Positions 10,331-24,193 of a stretch of DNA of 64,000 nucleotides are shown in pieces (the first letter of the stretch is position 1; each line of letters starts with the position of its first letter). The stretch lies in NCBI RefSeq assembly GCF_040954835.1, contig NC_090710.1, forward strand, positions 31,644,586 to 31,708,585. The letters run 5' to 3'. The stretch is from Lepisosteus oculatus (lineage: Eukaryota). The notes under the pieces are model-generated. The model was not told the DNA's origin. It worked only from the letters and a program-made list of their open reading frames with translations, and made no database searches. Both the position numbers and the translations under genes were made by a program.

Positions 10331-13300
10331 ATCACTCTGCTCTCCTCCCCAAGCAGATTATCCCCTAAGATCTGTCAGGACTTTGCTCCATGTTCCCTTC
10401 AGTCCTGACAAGATTCCCAGTCGCTGCTGATGAGTGTCAGAAACCGAACATACTGCTGCCACAACCCTGCTGGACAGTAGGAGTGGTACTGACTGCGTGT
10501 TGCACGAGGCTGGATTTGTATCAGATGTAACTCTGGAAAAAGTCCACATTTAGAATTGTTTGACCACAAAAGAAAAGTGTCACAAGTTTGCAGCATAACG
10601 TGTTGCACACCCAGTGCAGGATATGCAATATGGGTTATTCAGAACCATTTAACCCCCTTTGTGGAGAGCCCAGGGTGTAGCTGACCCATTGACACTATCC
10701 CTGGGCCCTCAAGGTTTAGTCCTGGCCTTGAGACTTAGCGTGGGCGGCCTGATCTGAGTGTCTGAGCGGTATGAAGCATGTTCCATTTCTGGATACTAGA
10801 GTAGACTGCTCACAGGGATTTTCAGAGACTTCAGAATTGTTTGTACTCTTATACTGATCTGTGCTTTTCAATAAGTTTCTCCCTGTCTTGCTTTAAAAGC
10901 TCCCTAGTCATCATGGTTGACTCTTCACCACCTGACCAAGACCCCTCATAGATAGAGGTGTATTTATTCTGAAATCATGAGGACCACAGACAGATGCCAC
11001 TTTGTTTCAATACATATCAGGACTTACTCATTTCTCTTTCATATTAATCATCCATTTACTTCTTTCTCTCCTTTGCTTTGAATACTTGGAGGAAGTTATA
11101 TCAAATATTTCTGCTTCAAAAAGTAATGACTGAAAGTTTTAAAGCTTTAAAGAAAATGTGAAAATTATGCAAGGCTCTATCTACTTTTGTAAGGCACTGT
11201 ATGAAAGACAAACAGTGATTTCAGAAAAAGTCTTTCAGCATTGGGACATTTTCAATGAGACATGGTATCTATTTTTGGTGCCCAACATATTTATTCCACC
11301 TCAAGCACCATCCTGTTGCAATTTAAATTATTAGCACAAGGGTAACGGCTTACCTTCAGAGTCCTGGAAGCTGATACACAAAACGAAAGGCTGATAAAAA
11401 ATACAAAACTACCCCTGTAGCTCAGCTTTATATTCTCAAATTTCAGTTTTAAACTTACATACTAAAAGTCTTACACTTGGTGTCTTTCACGATGTATCCT
11501 TTTACTTACAAAATATGAAGATTTTCACCTGAATACTTGAGCCTACAAACGAGAAAATATAAAGATTACAAATTAAAACATGGAACAAAATGCATACTAT
11601 TTATGTATTTCAATTCATCAGGGGGTTTGGCTGTGGAAAAGCCTATAGCTAGGGAGTGATATTCTCAGCCACGATTCACTTTCACTTGAAAAATATCCGC
11701 TCTGTAGAGATGCGTCTACACCTACAGCTGCGCAGTGTGGAAAACTTTTGAGGACACCCATGAGTCCCAGGTTCCCTTGCTGCAAACCTGCGGCTCAAGA
11801 CGCTGTCTAATTGTGTTACAGAAGCGTTACGTTCTCCTGCACCTCAGACTGTCATCGGTTCAATCACTCTATTGCGGTGCAGTCACGTTTCAACAATGGA
11901 AAACAATGCTGTCACTGGAGCAGGAAACTGAGCCCGCTCAAGTCCGGGTGTGTAAAACGTTTAGAATGTTTAATTTGACAACAGGATTGTACCCACCTGA
12001 CCTGGGCGTGCTGGCTGGGTCTGTCCGCTCTGTCCACAGCAGCGTGGGCCCCCGTGGGGAGAAAGCTGGTACGCAGTGTGCTGTGCCCCTCACAGGGGCA
12101 GGGGTCAGCGCCGTGCAGAGCTGACGCTGGCGCTCAGCTGGCCTGCGCTGTTGCCCAACAGCTGGATCGCAACACAATTTCACAGCGAGCGCCTGCAGCA
12201 GGCAAAAGGAGTTTCACTAATGGTAATAAATGAGGCGGATGGAACTGTGCTGGTAAATTCATCTCCATGTACAGGATCTAAGCCAAACCAGACAAATAAT
12301 GCAAAAAAAAAAGCATTTATATTATCGAATGCTATATAAAAAGTGTAAGTGGCACATTATGGTCAAACTTGTTACAGATGAATATTTACACTGGCCTGAA
12401 GAGACAGGGGTTTACACATCTATTTGTAAGAAGAAAGGCCCTTACCTGCAATACCTCCCAGTGCACCTGCAGCCTGAGTCCTCACCGTTCGTTACCGCCC
12501 TCAGCACACGACTTCTCTGAAAACAGAAAATAATGCACACTGAGACCTAGATCAAGACCAGCACCCTGGTGTTCATCACTGTGTGTGCAGTTTTCACATG
12601 GCTCTTGCTATAGACAGGTGAAAGCAGGGCCCTTTCAAGTGCTGTTACTGGTATCTAAGTTTGTGTTTGCTTTTTTGGGGAGGTTAGAACCCCAGAGCGG
12701 GATACAGCACAGTACAACACCTACAGTATTCAGAGGGCTTCTCGTTTTAAGCAGACTCTTCAAATAAAACCGTGAGCCGTGAAAGCTGTCCTATTGGGTC
12801 TGCCCTTTCATATCTCTGTTTTATTAAAAAAAGATTCATAAAAAATGTGCAACCAGCAGCTATAGGATTTGCTTTATTAGCATACAATACAGAATATCCA
12901 CATTAACTGTAAAAAAGATTCAGCGGTCTGACCTGAATCATCTTAAGTGGGCTTCAAGGTCCTGTACCACAACCCTGTCTTTAAGGGATCTGTTTATAGA
13001 CAATCAATCTTTTCAGTTCTGTGCAAATCAGCACAAACCTAAATAGCCTGATGACTATATACACATTTTTACATTCTGTATTTGCCATATTTTTTTCATA
13101 CAAAAAGCAACCTGCAGGTTCCTGAATAGCTCATCCTGTATATGGCTCCTTTTTAAATTATGTGGCCCTATAGCCACATGCAGACTACTGATTCTAGTAT
13201 GTGGAAAGTGATAAAACACCTTCCTCTCCAGGACTGCAGTGTACTGAATTATAAGCTCGTTTTAAGACTACGGAGAAGCAGAACACAGCTTTATTTATTC

Positions 13301-13699
13301 AACTGGTAAAGGACAGCTACTTCCTGGTCCTCTTTTTCTGTGACTTTGAGCACAATACGATTGAGTGTTTCTGGAGGAAACAGGACCATGGTTTGTTTTC
13401 CACTGGCATAGACATACAAACCATAGTGTTCGTTTAAATTAAAATGCGCAACAGCAACACTGGAAACTCCTCTCAATTTCAGCACAGCTTGGGCTGTGAT
13501 TGGCTTGGCTTAGAGTGACTTAAAGCTCATCTCAGTGAAGAAATTAAAGGGATGGTCTTTAGCAATTATATATAGGAGGATAAAGGCCTAATTCTCCAGT
13601 GTTTTATTTTCAAGTAAAGGAAGTTACTTACATTCGCATAAATATCAGGGAGCATAACGTCTGGATTCTGGACAACCTTCTACGATCACAGCCCACGTA

Positions 13700-15100
13700 A
13701 AAGCACACGGAGGTAGTGAACAAAAATGGAAACACGGATGTGAAGTCACTTAATAGGGTGCGCGGCCACCGCATTTGAAAAGCATGGCTTGTTAGGAGTC
13801 TTGGTGTCAAGTTCAGCAGTGTCTGAAATTCTGAAGAGGGGTGCGGCTCCATTCTTCCAAGAGAACTATTGCCTGGTCGATGGCAGTGGAAAACACTGTG
13901 ATCTTTTCTGCTGTTCTAGACTATCCCCAGGAATTCTCAATACCACCAGTGTCCTGCTCACCCGACCACGCACTCCGTGAAAGGAGACGCTGTCACTCCT
14001 GAAGACACCCCTGCTGGTGGGAAGGACATGGAGCCACATGGGGTGAAGATGGTCACTCGGTACCCTTCTGTCACAGTCGGCAGAGCTTGCCTTCTATAGG
14101 AATGGGTGCACCCAGACAATGCCAGGAACAGAGCCCCACAGCATCACAGAGCCACCAGCCCCCTCGGCTTTTGGATACAAGTACACGGGTGTGGACTTTA
14201 GGTTGAAGGCCAAAGATGACCCAGATCACATTTCCCTACTGCACGGCCACCCACTGCCTGTGCCTTCTTTCGGACTGCCCAGTGCCAGGTGTGATGAGCG
14301 GTTTGTGCACTGCAGCCCGACAATGGTACCCCCGCCCTGTTGTAGATGAAACTGGCTGCTCCAGCCCCAGGCTGGAATCCGTCGCCACTTGCTCGCCTGT
14401 TAGTTGTGGTTTCTCCTGGGTATCATGACCCTGGGCCGCACGCTTCTGCCCACAGGTGCCCTTGGGGCTCCTCGCTCACATCACCCGAGATACTGCTGCT
14501 TGGGAAACATTGGCAAGTTGAGCTGCCTGGGTCACTGACTCTCCTGCCAAATGTACCCCCGAATTCAGCCCTCTGTCAAGGACACAGAGGTCTCCTCCTA
14601 ATTACAGGGAATCAGACCTGTCCACCAACCTCATACATGACCCTAAGCATGCTGGGATGTTATCTGCTTAGTCCATGGGCCACACCTGTGTGGAAGCCCT
14701 TGCTTTCAATGCACTTGGCATCCCTCCTTGACAAGGGAGTTTCTATTTTTCTTTGTCCACTACTTTAGGAGCTTCTACAAGGCAAAAAATACAGCTGCAG
14801 ACAGTTTCATCATCTACTTTTTTATTTACACAGATAAACATAAGATGGAGAATGGCACAATACACAGTGGAACTCCACATGAAAGAAACCATGTGTGTAG
14901 AACCAACCTCCGATTAAAAACTGATCCTTTCTGTTAAATTCACACAGTGTTTGACTAGCTTATGAACTTGAAGCCTTAGCACAACTGTGCAAAATCTGTA
15001 AAGGGAGCAAATAAAGTTTGACCCCTGTTCATAAACTTTTCACTGCCTCTATACTATAACCACAAAAGCTGGAAAAGGCTGAAATGATCCACTTCTTAAA
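13700..15100 (-). mobile_element. Tc1/mariner transposase remnant (C-terminal DDE region), degenerate, approximate boundaries
   Basis: The reverse complement encodes ...GGSVMLWG...QSPDLIP..HVWD... -like segments. Positions 13950-14178 are about 98% identical to the reverse complement of 55910-56135. Confidence 0.6.
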
Positions 15101-15329
15101 ATAAAGGGTTAGAGAACCACAGAAAATACTATGCCCCTGGCCTCCTGATCGAGAGCCAGTCCAGTAACTGCCATCTCAGAGCAAAGGGAAGCAGTGGGTC
15201 ATGTCAACTGCAGCGCTGTCATGTACTTCAAGTTTGCCCGGGTTGCCGGACTGAATTACCAAGACTTGTCTTCACATACAAGAGCACGGCACTGTTTTGA
15301 AGTAACTACAGAGATGAGGCACTGCAAAC

Positions 15330-15730
15330 ACTAACAAGATGGAACTGTGGTTCAGTGGCTGCAGTATCACACCCAGGGTAAACCTGCTCACTGCGATTCC
15401 CACAGATTAATCCATGGTCATCCAGCTACCTTTTTCCTGGTCGGGTCTGCTGCTACCCGGAGCGTCTTTCAGATGTAGAGGCTGCAAGGCAGGACAACAT
15501 ACCAGTCCATCGCAGGGCTCATCTTAGGGGAACCAATTAACCACACCAGTATGTCTTTGGGAGGTGGGGTAAACCACTGTACCATGAGAAAGCCTCCACG
15601 AGTGGAACTGAGTAGCTCATATGAACACGAGTAAAACGTGCAGCCTCCACAAGGAGGTGCCTCATTCCAAGAGCACGCCCAAGGAGCAGGAGCTGAGAGG
15701 CAGCCGTCTCCATCATGGCTCAGTGCCGAG
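15330..15730 (-). mobile_element. Fuller copy of the same SINE family, minus orientation
   Basis: The reverse complement contains tgtggaggctgcacgtt, then ccaaagacatactggtgtggttaattggtt, then agccctgcgatggactgg, then gtcctgccttgcagcctc. These are the characteristic blocks of this SINE family. Confidence 0.6.
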
Positions 15731-16012
15731 ATTCTAAATGTTCAAAAATGTTCAGCAATTAGCTGTTAAATATTTCTATCGCAGCTCATTTCAGCGTTGC
15801 TTAGCCCACTAAATTTAGTTGGTCATAAAACGAATCTTGCGGTATCACTGTTACATTGTTTATACTCTAGTGTTTCGGTATGCTGGCCAGCAGTAGCAGT
15901 TGTGTGCAGAAATGTCATTTGCACAGTGACGTGAGCAAAATGAACGGTTTATTCCTTTCTAAACTACTTTGGGATTTCAGTTTCAAAACACCATGAAACA
16001 AACTTCAGTTAC

Positions 16013-17560
16013 AGTGCTTTGCAGAAGTATTCAGGCCTTTGCAGTTTTCACATTGTTGCTGTAAAGTTGTCAGCAATGATACCGTTGACTCACAACCTAC
16101 ACAAATTCAAAGCAAAACACAGACGATTATACAGAATTCTACCTCCAGGAAATAAGACTGCTAAACAGCCAGCCTGCAGCTCCTTTAGCAAATCACCTGT
16201 AATGGCTACATGGACACACAGTTTTCACTGTATTGTGCATACTGCACTAGTTGGACATAACATATTGCATACATCATGGACACAGAGCAGCTCTATTTAT
16301 ATTGAGTTTTGTCTGAGTTTATTTTTTTTCAATTTCTATTACGCAACCTTAATTTTGTGAGCTCATAGAAAAGACATTTCATTGCCAGCAACTAATGCTG
16401 TATGCTGTATTGTTGTGCATTTGATAAACTTGGATTGATTGAGAGAAAGATGAGAGAGAAATGTAGTTTCTCAGAGAGAAAATGGTAAGGTCAGGATTGC
16501 CTATGTATTAAAACACTTTGCTGTAGAAAGCCAATTCAGGTGTGCAAAATTATCTTCATGAGCCACACAATTAGTGGCCTATGTAAGTGTGTAGTGGTTC
16601 TCATGATTTCACATGTGAGAGGTCTTGGTTACACAGTGAATTTCAAGCAAAGACTCAATTTTGAGAGTCTCAGAAAAGTCTAAGCACCTTTCAAAGCAAG
16701 TCAGGGAGAAAGCAATTGAAAAGCACAGATCAAAATAAGGGTACATACTGAAATGTATGAATGTGCTTCATACCACCCACACACTGCCTAGATCAGACCA
16801 TTCCTATGAACTGAACAGTTAGGACCTGAGGAAAGTTGTACCACTGTGTGGCCAACAGTGACTTTGAAAGTTACAAAGCTGTGTGTTTGCAATGGCAGAA
16901 AAGGTCAATGGGAGGACACCTTGCAAAAGGCTTTGTGGTCAGAAAACAGAAGTGGAACTTTTTGGTTTGAATGCAAAGAGTTACAGCTGATGCAAAACCC
17001 ATCATAGGGCATCACTCAATCAACACCATCCCTACGGTCGAGCATGGTGGTGGCAGCAGTATGCTGCGATTATTCTTCTCATCAGCAGGGACTGGAAGGC
17101 TTGACAAGACTAAAGGGAACACAGACGGACGGAGCAAGGTATTGGTAAAGCTTAAAGGCTAACAGTTAGCCTATTGGCTTAAATAGCCAATAGCTGCAAA
17201 CCTAAAACTAAGAGAAAAATCCACCTTTGAGCAGGATAATGACTTAAAGCACAAAGCTACATTAGACACTCAAGGACTGACTTTCTTTTCCTAAGCCTCT
17301 CCTAAGTCCTGACTTCAATCACACCGGAGTCTGCGGAAAGCCCTGAAGAGGGCTTAGACCATCCATACATCCATACATGGCCCCAAGCACTCCGAGAGAA
17401 CCCGAGCACATCCAAGAAAAGAGGGAAAAACGTGCTCCAAGGTGTACAAAGTTGGTAGAAACATGTCCACAAAACTCTGCTGCTGTAACTGCTGCCATCT
17501 CAATATCATCTACACATTAAGGTCTTGGCTCTCAGTACTTATGCAATAAACGTAACAAAC
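16013..17560 (+). mobile_element. Degenerate Tc1-like element. Terminal repeat at 16013-16040, transposase motif [13 protein letters not shown] at about 17015-17060
   Basis: Terminal repeat acagtgctttgcagaagtattcaggcc. ORF 16971..17162 carries the Tc1 KHGGGS(I/V)M(L/V)WG signature. Confidence 0.6.
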
Positions 17561-20500
17561 ATCATTTCTTAATCTTTGGTAAGCTTTAACTTCTTACCCT
17601 TAAAAGTCTATGACATTCAGGTTATGAATAAAAGCTAACAAAAGTGTAAGCATGATTTTAATAATTTTACAAAATGGGATACCCCAAGAAGAGTGCATAC
17701 TTTTGCAGAGCACTGTCTGTGTAGTTACACAATGTGTTTTTATGACATCCCCACACAACTAGACATTTCCAATTATTTTCTTCAGGACCGGTTATGTCTA
17801 CCACTTCTACAAGGGGAGAACTGGCACCGCAGACATGCTTCAGCACCCTTCACCATTACCACAGGCTGTACACCTCCACAATGCGCCCTTACAGAAGAGC
17901 TTGCACCAGCTGCAGGCGTGGGGCTTCTTTCACCGACAACACTGGAGGAACACGGTCATTTTATACATTTCCCCCCGACACATTGAGTAAAAACAGACAC
18001 CAGCTAATGATGCACACTACTATAGAATATGCAAAGCTTCATTCGGAAACCTTACCCAAACCTATGAAGGTAAAAACACACTCTTTAACACAGATTTAAG
18101 ATATCAAGAAGGAAGAACTGCCGTTCTTCTCTTAAATGGATTTATTCTCCAGCCTTTACTGCACATATCTTGTTTCGAAACAAGACGTGCTGTAGCACAT
18201 CATATTGTGGTCACCACCTTACAAACTCAGTGATTACTGGATTAGCCATACTGTAAGCCCTAAGCTTACATTTCATTTCCGTTAAAGATTAAGAACACTG
18301 GGGAACATTTAGGCAAGTAATCAACTGAGGCGAGATATCTCCGTTACTGGATGGTTGAAGTTTTTTTTTCCCCACTTTTCATCCAGATAAGCTCTGAATG
18401 ATTTCTTTCCACCCATTAAACGTATCACAGCAGATTACCTGTTTAACATATCACAGTTCAACAGCTTCAGTTATTTTAAAAACTGGCAGGATTCGTGCTC
18501 TGGAGACCCTCATCAATAAGCGTTATATAATGTATTACATTCAGCCCTAATTGCAGTACTGTATTTTTGCTGGGTTCTCTCAAGTGGTTCTTTGGAAATG
18601 GGAATTGCAACCTGCTTTTAACTCTTAACTCAGCTCTCTGCACCCGATTGTCTAGGACAGCGTCTACAAAGCTAAGGCCAAGATCATTAGATATAAAGTA
18701 ATAGAACAAATGCTGAATTTTCCTTAGCCATCATATCCAAGGCAACTAAACAAGCCTAAAGCCCCTCAATTTGTTAAACTAATCCTCTTCTTTCAACGTG
18801 CGACAGCTGCAGCACATTAAAGACTGACTTTGCTGCTGGCTACATATTCAACGGCAAAACAGTCTGCAACTCAGTCGTATTCGGTTCTCCTAGAACCTGG
18901 ATCATGCGTGCCATGTTTCACTGTGCTTCCAAACACACAGCAAAAGCTAGAAATACCAACATCACTTTACACCTGACTTACTACCCAAATTAATTTTCCT
19001 CTTCAGCACCTTGGTGCTGCGGGACTTCACGTTTAAACACCACGGGTTACTACTAGTCATCTTATTAATGGTCAGGTTACAGAAAGGTCCCTTTCTTAAG
19101 CATGAAATATGCACTCTCAAATTGTAAAAGCATACGAAATATTGATTTGATGAAGCATTGCAATTTTAACAATTCTCGCTGGGAAGTTAAAATAGCATGC
19201 AACACAATTCTCTAATTAAGCCTGTCCACCTCATACAAAGTCTTCGGAACAGCATCTCAAGCAGCAGCCCAAGACAGTGATGAACTGGCCAGGTTTAATA
19301 ATTCTCCTCCCATAATATCTTAGTACGGGGGCCAGCTGTGAAATTATTTCTGAACTTTGGAGGAATTAGTCTGAAGTTTGGACAACTTCCTACATGTACT
19401 CGGAGTAGGTTGACTCGCTCTCTAATCCACTTCTAGTTTTGTCATCAGTGAGATCAACCAACCCGTCATAACACACACAAGAATATGCCATAGCACCCAC
19501 TCAATCAAACCTTGCACTGAAGGCTGGAGCAGTCAGAGGCACACTGACAAGAAGGGTCGTGACATTTCTTCACGTTAGGGCATGTCCAGTGGCTGCAGAC
19601 CACAAGCTGCACCTGCATTTGTCTTGCAGTCTGTCTCCATGCTCCGGCTGTATAGGAACACAATTTACTGCTTGTTTGTGATGAAACAGCTCCCAAATGG
19701 TACTGTGACAGCCCCCTGCAACGCTGCTGTGGTCACCTGTGGCTGCACATGAACAGAAGAACATCTTGTTCTGAACGCCCACAAATTACTGCTCCTAAAA
19801 ACACCCCACTTAATCTAACCCTTGCCAACACCACTTGCTCATACTCCATCTCTCTTCAGTGACGGTGCACTTCTCTCATTGCAGATGCAGTCACCTCTGA
19901 TGGAATATACCGTACAACGTCATTCAGATATTCAAATGTTGCATTTTAAACGAGAGCTCATGTGCAGAGATATCCACTCATACCTCATAACAATTCCATC
20001 TATTTAGTGCATATTAGTCCATTTGTCACTGTGCAGCCACTGCTAAATTCAGATTTCTGGATATTTCTTGATCCAAGTAACCATAAACTGAGATCGTGTT
20101 CCCCCAGTACGTGAAAAGATAATTTTGGAACTTTTTTTTCAGCAACTCCCTTTTCAATGCATAAAAACTTTCGGTTTCACATTATGATACTAAAATGCTG
20201 GTTATGTTCTTTTTTAAGGAGAGCAACACTTTAACACTTGAATAACAAAACTCATTTTATAATTATTTTGACATGATTGCTTTGTAATAAGATAAGTGTA
20301 TTCGACTTCTCATGTTTTATTTAGTGTCACTCAATCAGATCAGAGCATGAAGGTAACAAAAACCACACTGCTTTATTAATATTTACAAACTGTGCAGACT
20401 TTTTTTAACCAAAAATCACCTATTGAAATTAACAAAAAAGCCAAGGACATGTTGCATATATAACATTTCTGCTTTAGTTTCCTCAGTATCTTTTCATCAT

Positions 20501-20834
20501 TTTGATTTTCATGTCAATGAGATGTCTACCCATTGCTCCAGTTAGAACACATAACATGTAGTGCGTTGGGATACACAGTGAAACGTGTCTGATGGATTAT
20601 CCTAGTGTTTAAGCACAAACCTCATATTAACACACCATCTGCTACATCGCAGCATGGAAAACTGACATTCTATTTGGTATAAGAGTTATTGAGATACTTC
20701 TGAATATACGAATATTGACCAGCCAGAAGAATGGGTCTATGATAAGATGAGATCACTTTATTAGCCATATACAATTTCTTGCATTAGGAATTTGTCTTTT
20801 CTCATACCCCAGCTTGCTCTTCATGAGACACACA

Positions 20835-21006
20835 GACAGAGAGAAGCTGGGGGAGCACAGGGTCAGCCATTTATACGGCGCCCCTGGAGCAGCTGGGGCT
20901 CAGGGGCCCAACGGAGTAGGATTCCTCTGCCGGCTGCGGGATTCGAACCGGCAACCTCCCAGCCACAGGCACAGATCCTGAGCCACAGAGCCACCACTCC
21001 ACCCCT
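20835..21006 (-). mobile_element. tRNA-derived SINE, family B (B-box GGTTCGAATCC in reverse complement)
   Basis: ...gcggggattcgaaccggcaacctcccagcc...gatcctgagccacagagcc is homologous to the copies at 54845-55145 and 55565-55640. Confidence 0.65.
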
Positions 21007-23740
21007 AAGCTTTCCTTACTCACCATGGCTGGTATTTGTTGATTGCATTATGTTTCATATGCTTAATTTGAAAATTGAAAACAATTTTCTCTTCACTGTA
21101 ATAAAGTAGTCACAGTCTTGCCAAGCAACTACTTATCAGAATTCAAGCTACAATGCTGAATTTCTAAAGCAAATAGACTAGTATATGAAACATATGATTC
21201 TTAAAAATAAAAATATGCAAGTGCTGCACATTTTTGGCATTTTAAAATTATCAAAGACGTTTTGTTTCCTCTTTAATTAGAACAAAAACATTAAGAGCCT
21301 GCTTAATCAAATGTTTCAACACAAGTCTGAAAAACTGTTAGCCAACACCTTGGTTATACACTCACCTGGAAGAAGGAAATTCCTCTGGATGAACTGTTGA
21401 TTGGCACTGCAGGTTTTCTTCAATTTGAAAGCACATCTACATAGGGACTAAGAATATTTTTCTAACTAAAACTATTTGATAATCTCCAGATACTTTTGTT
21501 TTTAAAATATACCTCTATATTTTAGCAAGAATGTTCCTAATAACATGACTCTTACAAAATATCTGACTGTGTGACATGATTAAACTGTTATCGCTCCAGC
21601 TATTAAGGAAAGGTAAATGCAAACAGTAATATGAATTCATGATGAGAACATATTTCAGAATCAGAATAACCGTCATCTGCTTCTTTCTCTGGTGATTCTT
21701 CAAAATCTGATGCAAACACCTTACTTCTACTAAAGTTCCTATCTGACATCCTGAGTTCTGAACGTCAGTTCTTAGTTACTGCTATAAATAAATCCAAGAA
21801 TACTTTAAAAAATAATAAAACTACAGTCACACACAATTAAAAATAGTAGGGTACTGGAATTAATAGTACAGAATAAAGTAAGGGTTTGAGGCTAAGCAAA
21901 GTTTCAGCATGGGATAAGAGGGAATAGATACATGGGTGTCTAATATGGCTTACTACATACCAGGGCTTTAATCTCAGAAAATTGAAGTTTAAAACATCCC
22001 TTTCTTTTAACTACATTAATTAAAATGCATTTAAGCCCACTATGAAAGAGCCATTTGTCAAAGCTATTTATAGCCTTGTCTCTGATATAATGAGATAGTA
22101 ATATTTGAAGCTTCTAAGCAGCCTGCAGGAAAAAGATGAATCGCCTCATACATCAGTAGATCCCCTCTTAAGGAATAATGAAAGCCAAGCAACAAAGAAA
22201 GTCAGTCTTAAAGGGCTGGAAGAAGGTTCAGAGAAAACATCTGATCAATATGATTCAAATAAGCAGCAGACCTTTTTTCAGATAGGACTCATTAACTTCA
22301 AAAACCTTTAATAATATTGAATCATCTTTATTAGTCTAGAAATGTAAATTTAGCAGTCTAATAGCATTACCACTTGTGTTGGTTGTACTTGGACAACACA
22401 TTAACGGACACATATACATAAGTGAACAGTGGAAACTAGTATATGGGAGATCATGAAATGCAAACACTTATATATTCAATGCAAAAAGCATTTTCAACTT
22501 TTTAGTAATATTTGAACTTTTAATCCTTGTATACATCAGAAAACATGTGCAACCTTCGACACCTGGGCAAGATGAAAGTAAATGAATGGAAAATGAGAAT
22601 TTTCACAATTCAGTGCCGCAAATGCAAAATGAAAGGTAAGAATGTTTGTGTAAAATGTTAAATTCTAATTGTGTACAATAAGAGACCGTGCAGACTTGAT
22701 CAGTGCCTGCACATCAATGACAAACCCAAGAACTGGGAATGGGTGAAGTGGGGTGCTGTCAGTAAGACAGCATGCCAGGCTGTACTGTATAAAGTAACTA
22801 CCAAAAGTGAGTAACAGTCGAATATTTTAACTGTTCTTCCCAACAAATACCCATTTATTCACAGAAATATAAGGAGTGGTGCTAGGTTTAAACGTCACAA
22901 AGAGCGTGGCTAATGATTAAAATAAAAGCTAAAATGCTGAGGAAAATCAACACCCGTCAATAAATTTCCTAACATACTAATCAAGCGGACAATGTCTCAC
23001 AGGATCTTCATCCTTTACCCTCTCACTGGGTATGTCCCATACCTGAAAAGAGATATTTAATCCATGCAAGCAAAACAGACACCATTCAAATACACTTCCC
23101 CGTCACAGGGTTAGGCAGAACCATGCAACAAGGTATTTCATGCAGCCTTTACAGTGACGATACCAGCATTCACCCATCTAACAGGGGGCAGCATTAAGCT
23201 TGACAAAATAATGTCATAAGGTGGGATGCCAATGACAGATTTGCGGAACCTCTGTTTTCCTTTATGGGGCGTTCCTCTAGTGTTTTTAAATTTCTGGGGA
23301 TAGTGGATGGGGCGCTTCTTTTTTCCCCAATTTAGTTTAGTAGGGGAAAGGCTTGCTTTTTTCCCCATATCAGGCATGCATGGTCCCCATCAAACATTTG
23401 TAACTTTTTTAGTTTCTCCTCCCTTGGGTGTCTTTATCAGTTTCCAAGGGAGGCTGGGGAGGCATCCTCCACACCTCAGCATCGCCACCAAGTATCAGCC
23501 CACTCACAGCACGTGCAAGCTCAAGACTACAGGACAGCAAGCTGCTCTCAAATGTATGTTCGGAAACAAAAGGCAATAGAAGAAAGAAAAAAACACAAAC
23601 ATCTTGCTTAATTGCAAAAGCAAGTTATCGGTAAATCGCAAAACTACATGGAGAGGAAAAACCTATTCATACCTAAACATTGTTCAATGTGCTATAAAAA
23701 GCCCCTGTAAATGAACAACTGTCGAACCCTCCCCCCCCCC

Positions 23741-23752
23741 CCAGGCATTCCA
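23741..23752. repeat. Poly-C tract (about 12 C)
   Basis: Homopolymer visible in the sequence. Confidence 0.9.
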
Positions 23753-24173
23753 TATGGTTACAAGTTCAGTATGAAGGGGACAGTTTTGTTCACAGAAGAA
23801 AATCTACTCCGTCTGTTGAGGAAACACGTTTCTCACTACATGCTTGTCATGCATTCAGTGCATTTTTACATGTCTCTCTCCATTACCTCTGAGACTGTAC
23901 CTCTAAAACAAGACCACTGAAAATCAATGAAGCTCTGGAGTTGCAGCAGTCTCTGGTCTAAGTGTGAAGGTTTCAGACCGAATACATTCTTACCTTTTGA
24001 TGTGTCCACTCCCCTTTTGGGACAAAGAACTTCTGCACCTCACCTGGCACAGTATTAAACTGTGGACTTGAAAAGGACTAAGCACCCAACAACCATTTGG
24101 CTACCCACTGTTCTTGTCACGGTCTAAATGCATTTTATTTTTAAATAAAGCCCAAGTAATAAGGGCCCGAAGG

Positions 24174-24193
24174 GGGGGGGGGGGGGGGTATTT
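24174..24193. repeat. Poly-G tract (about 20 G)
   Basis: Homopolymer visible in the sequence. It is the inverse complement of the poly-C tract about 420 bp upstream. Confidence 0.9.

Noticed and set aside
19505-19782. Cys-rich minus-strand ORFs (..CSHWTCPNVKKCHDPSCQCASDCSSLQCKV) suggesting a small secreted peptide
   Set aside because: No signal peptide, no splice context, no family match I can recall. Too short to support from sequence alone.
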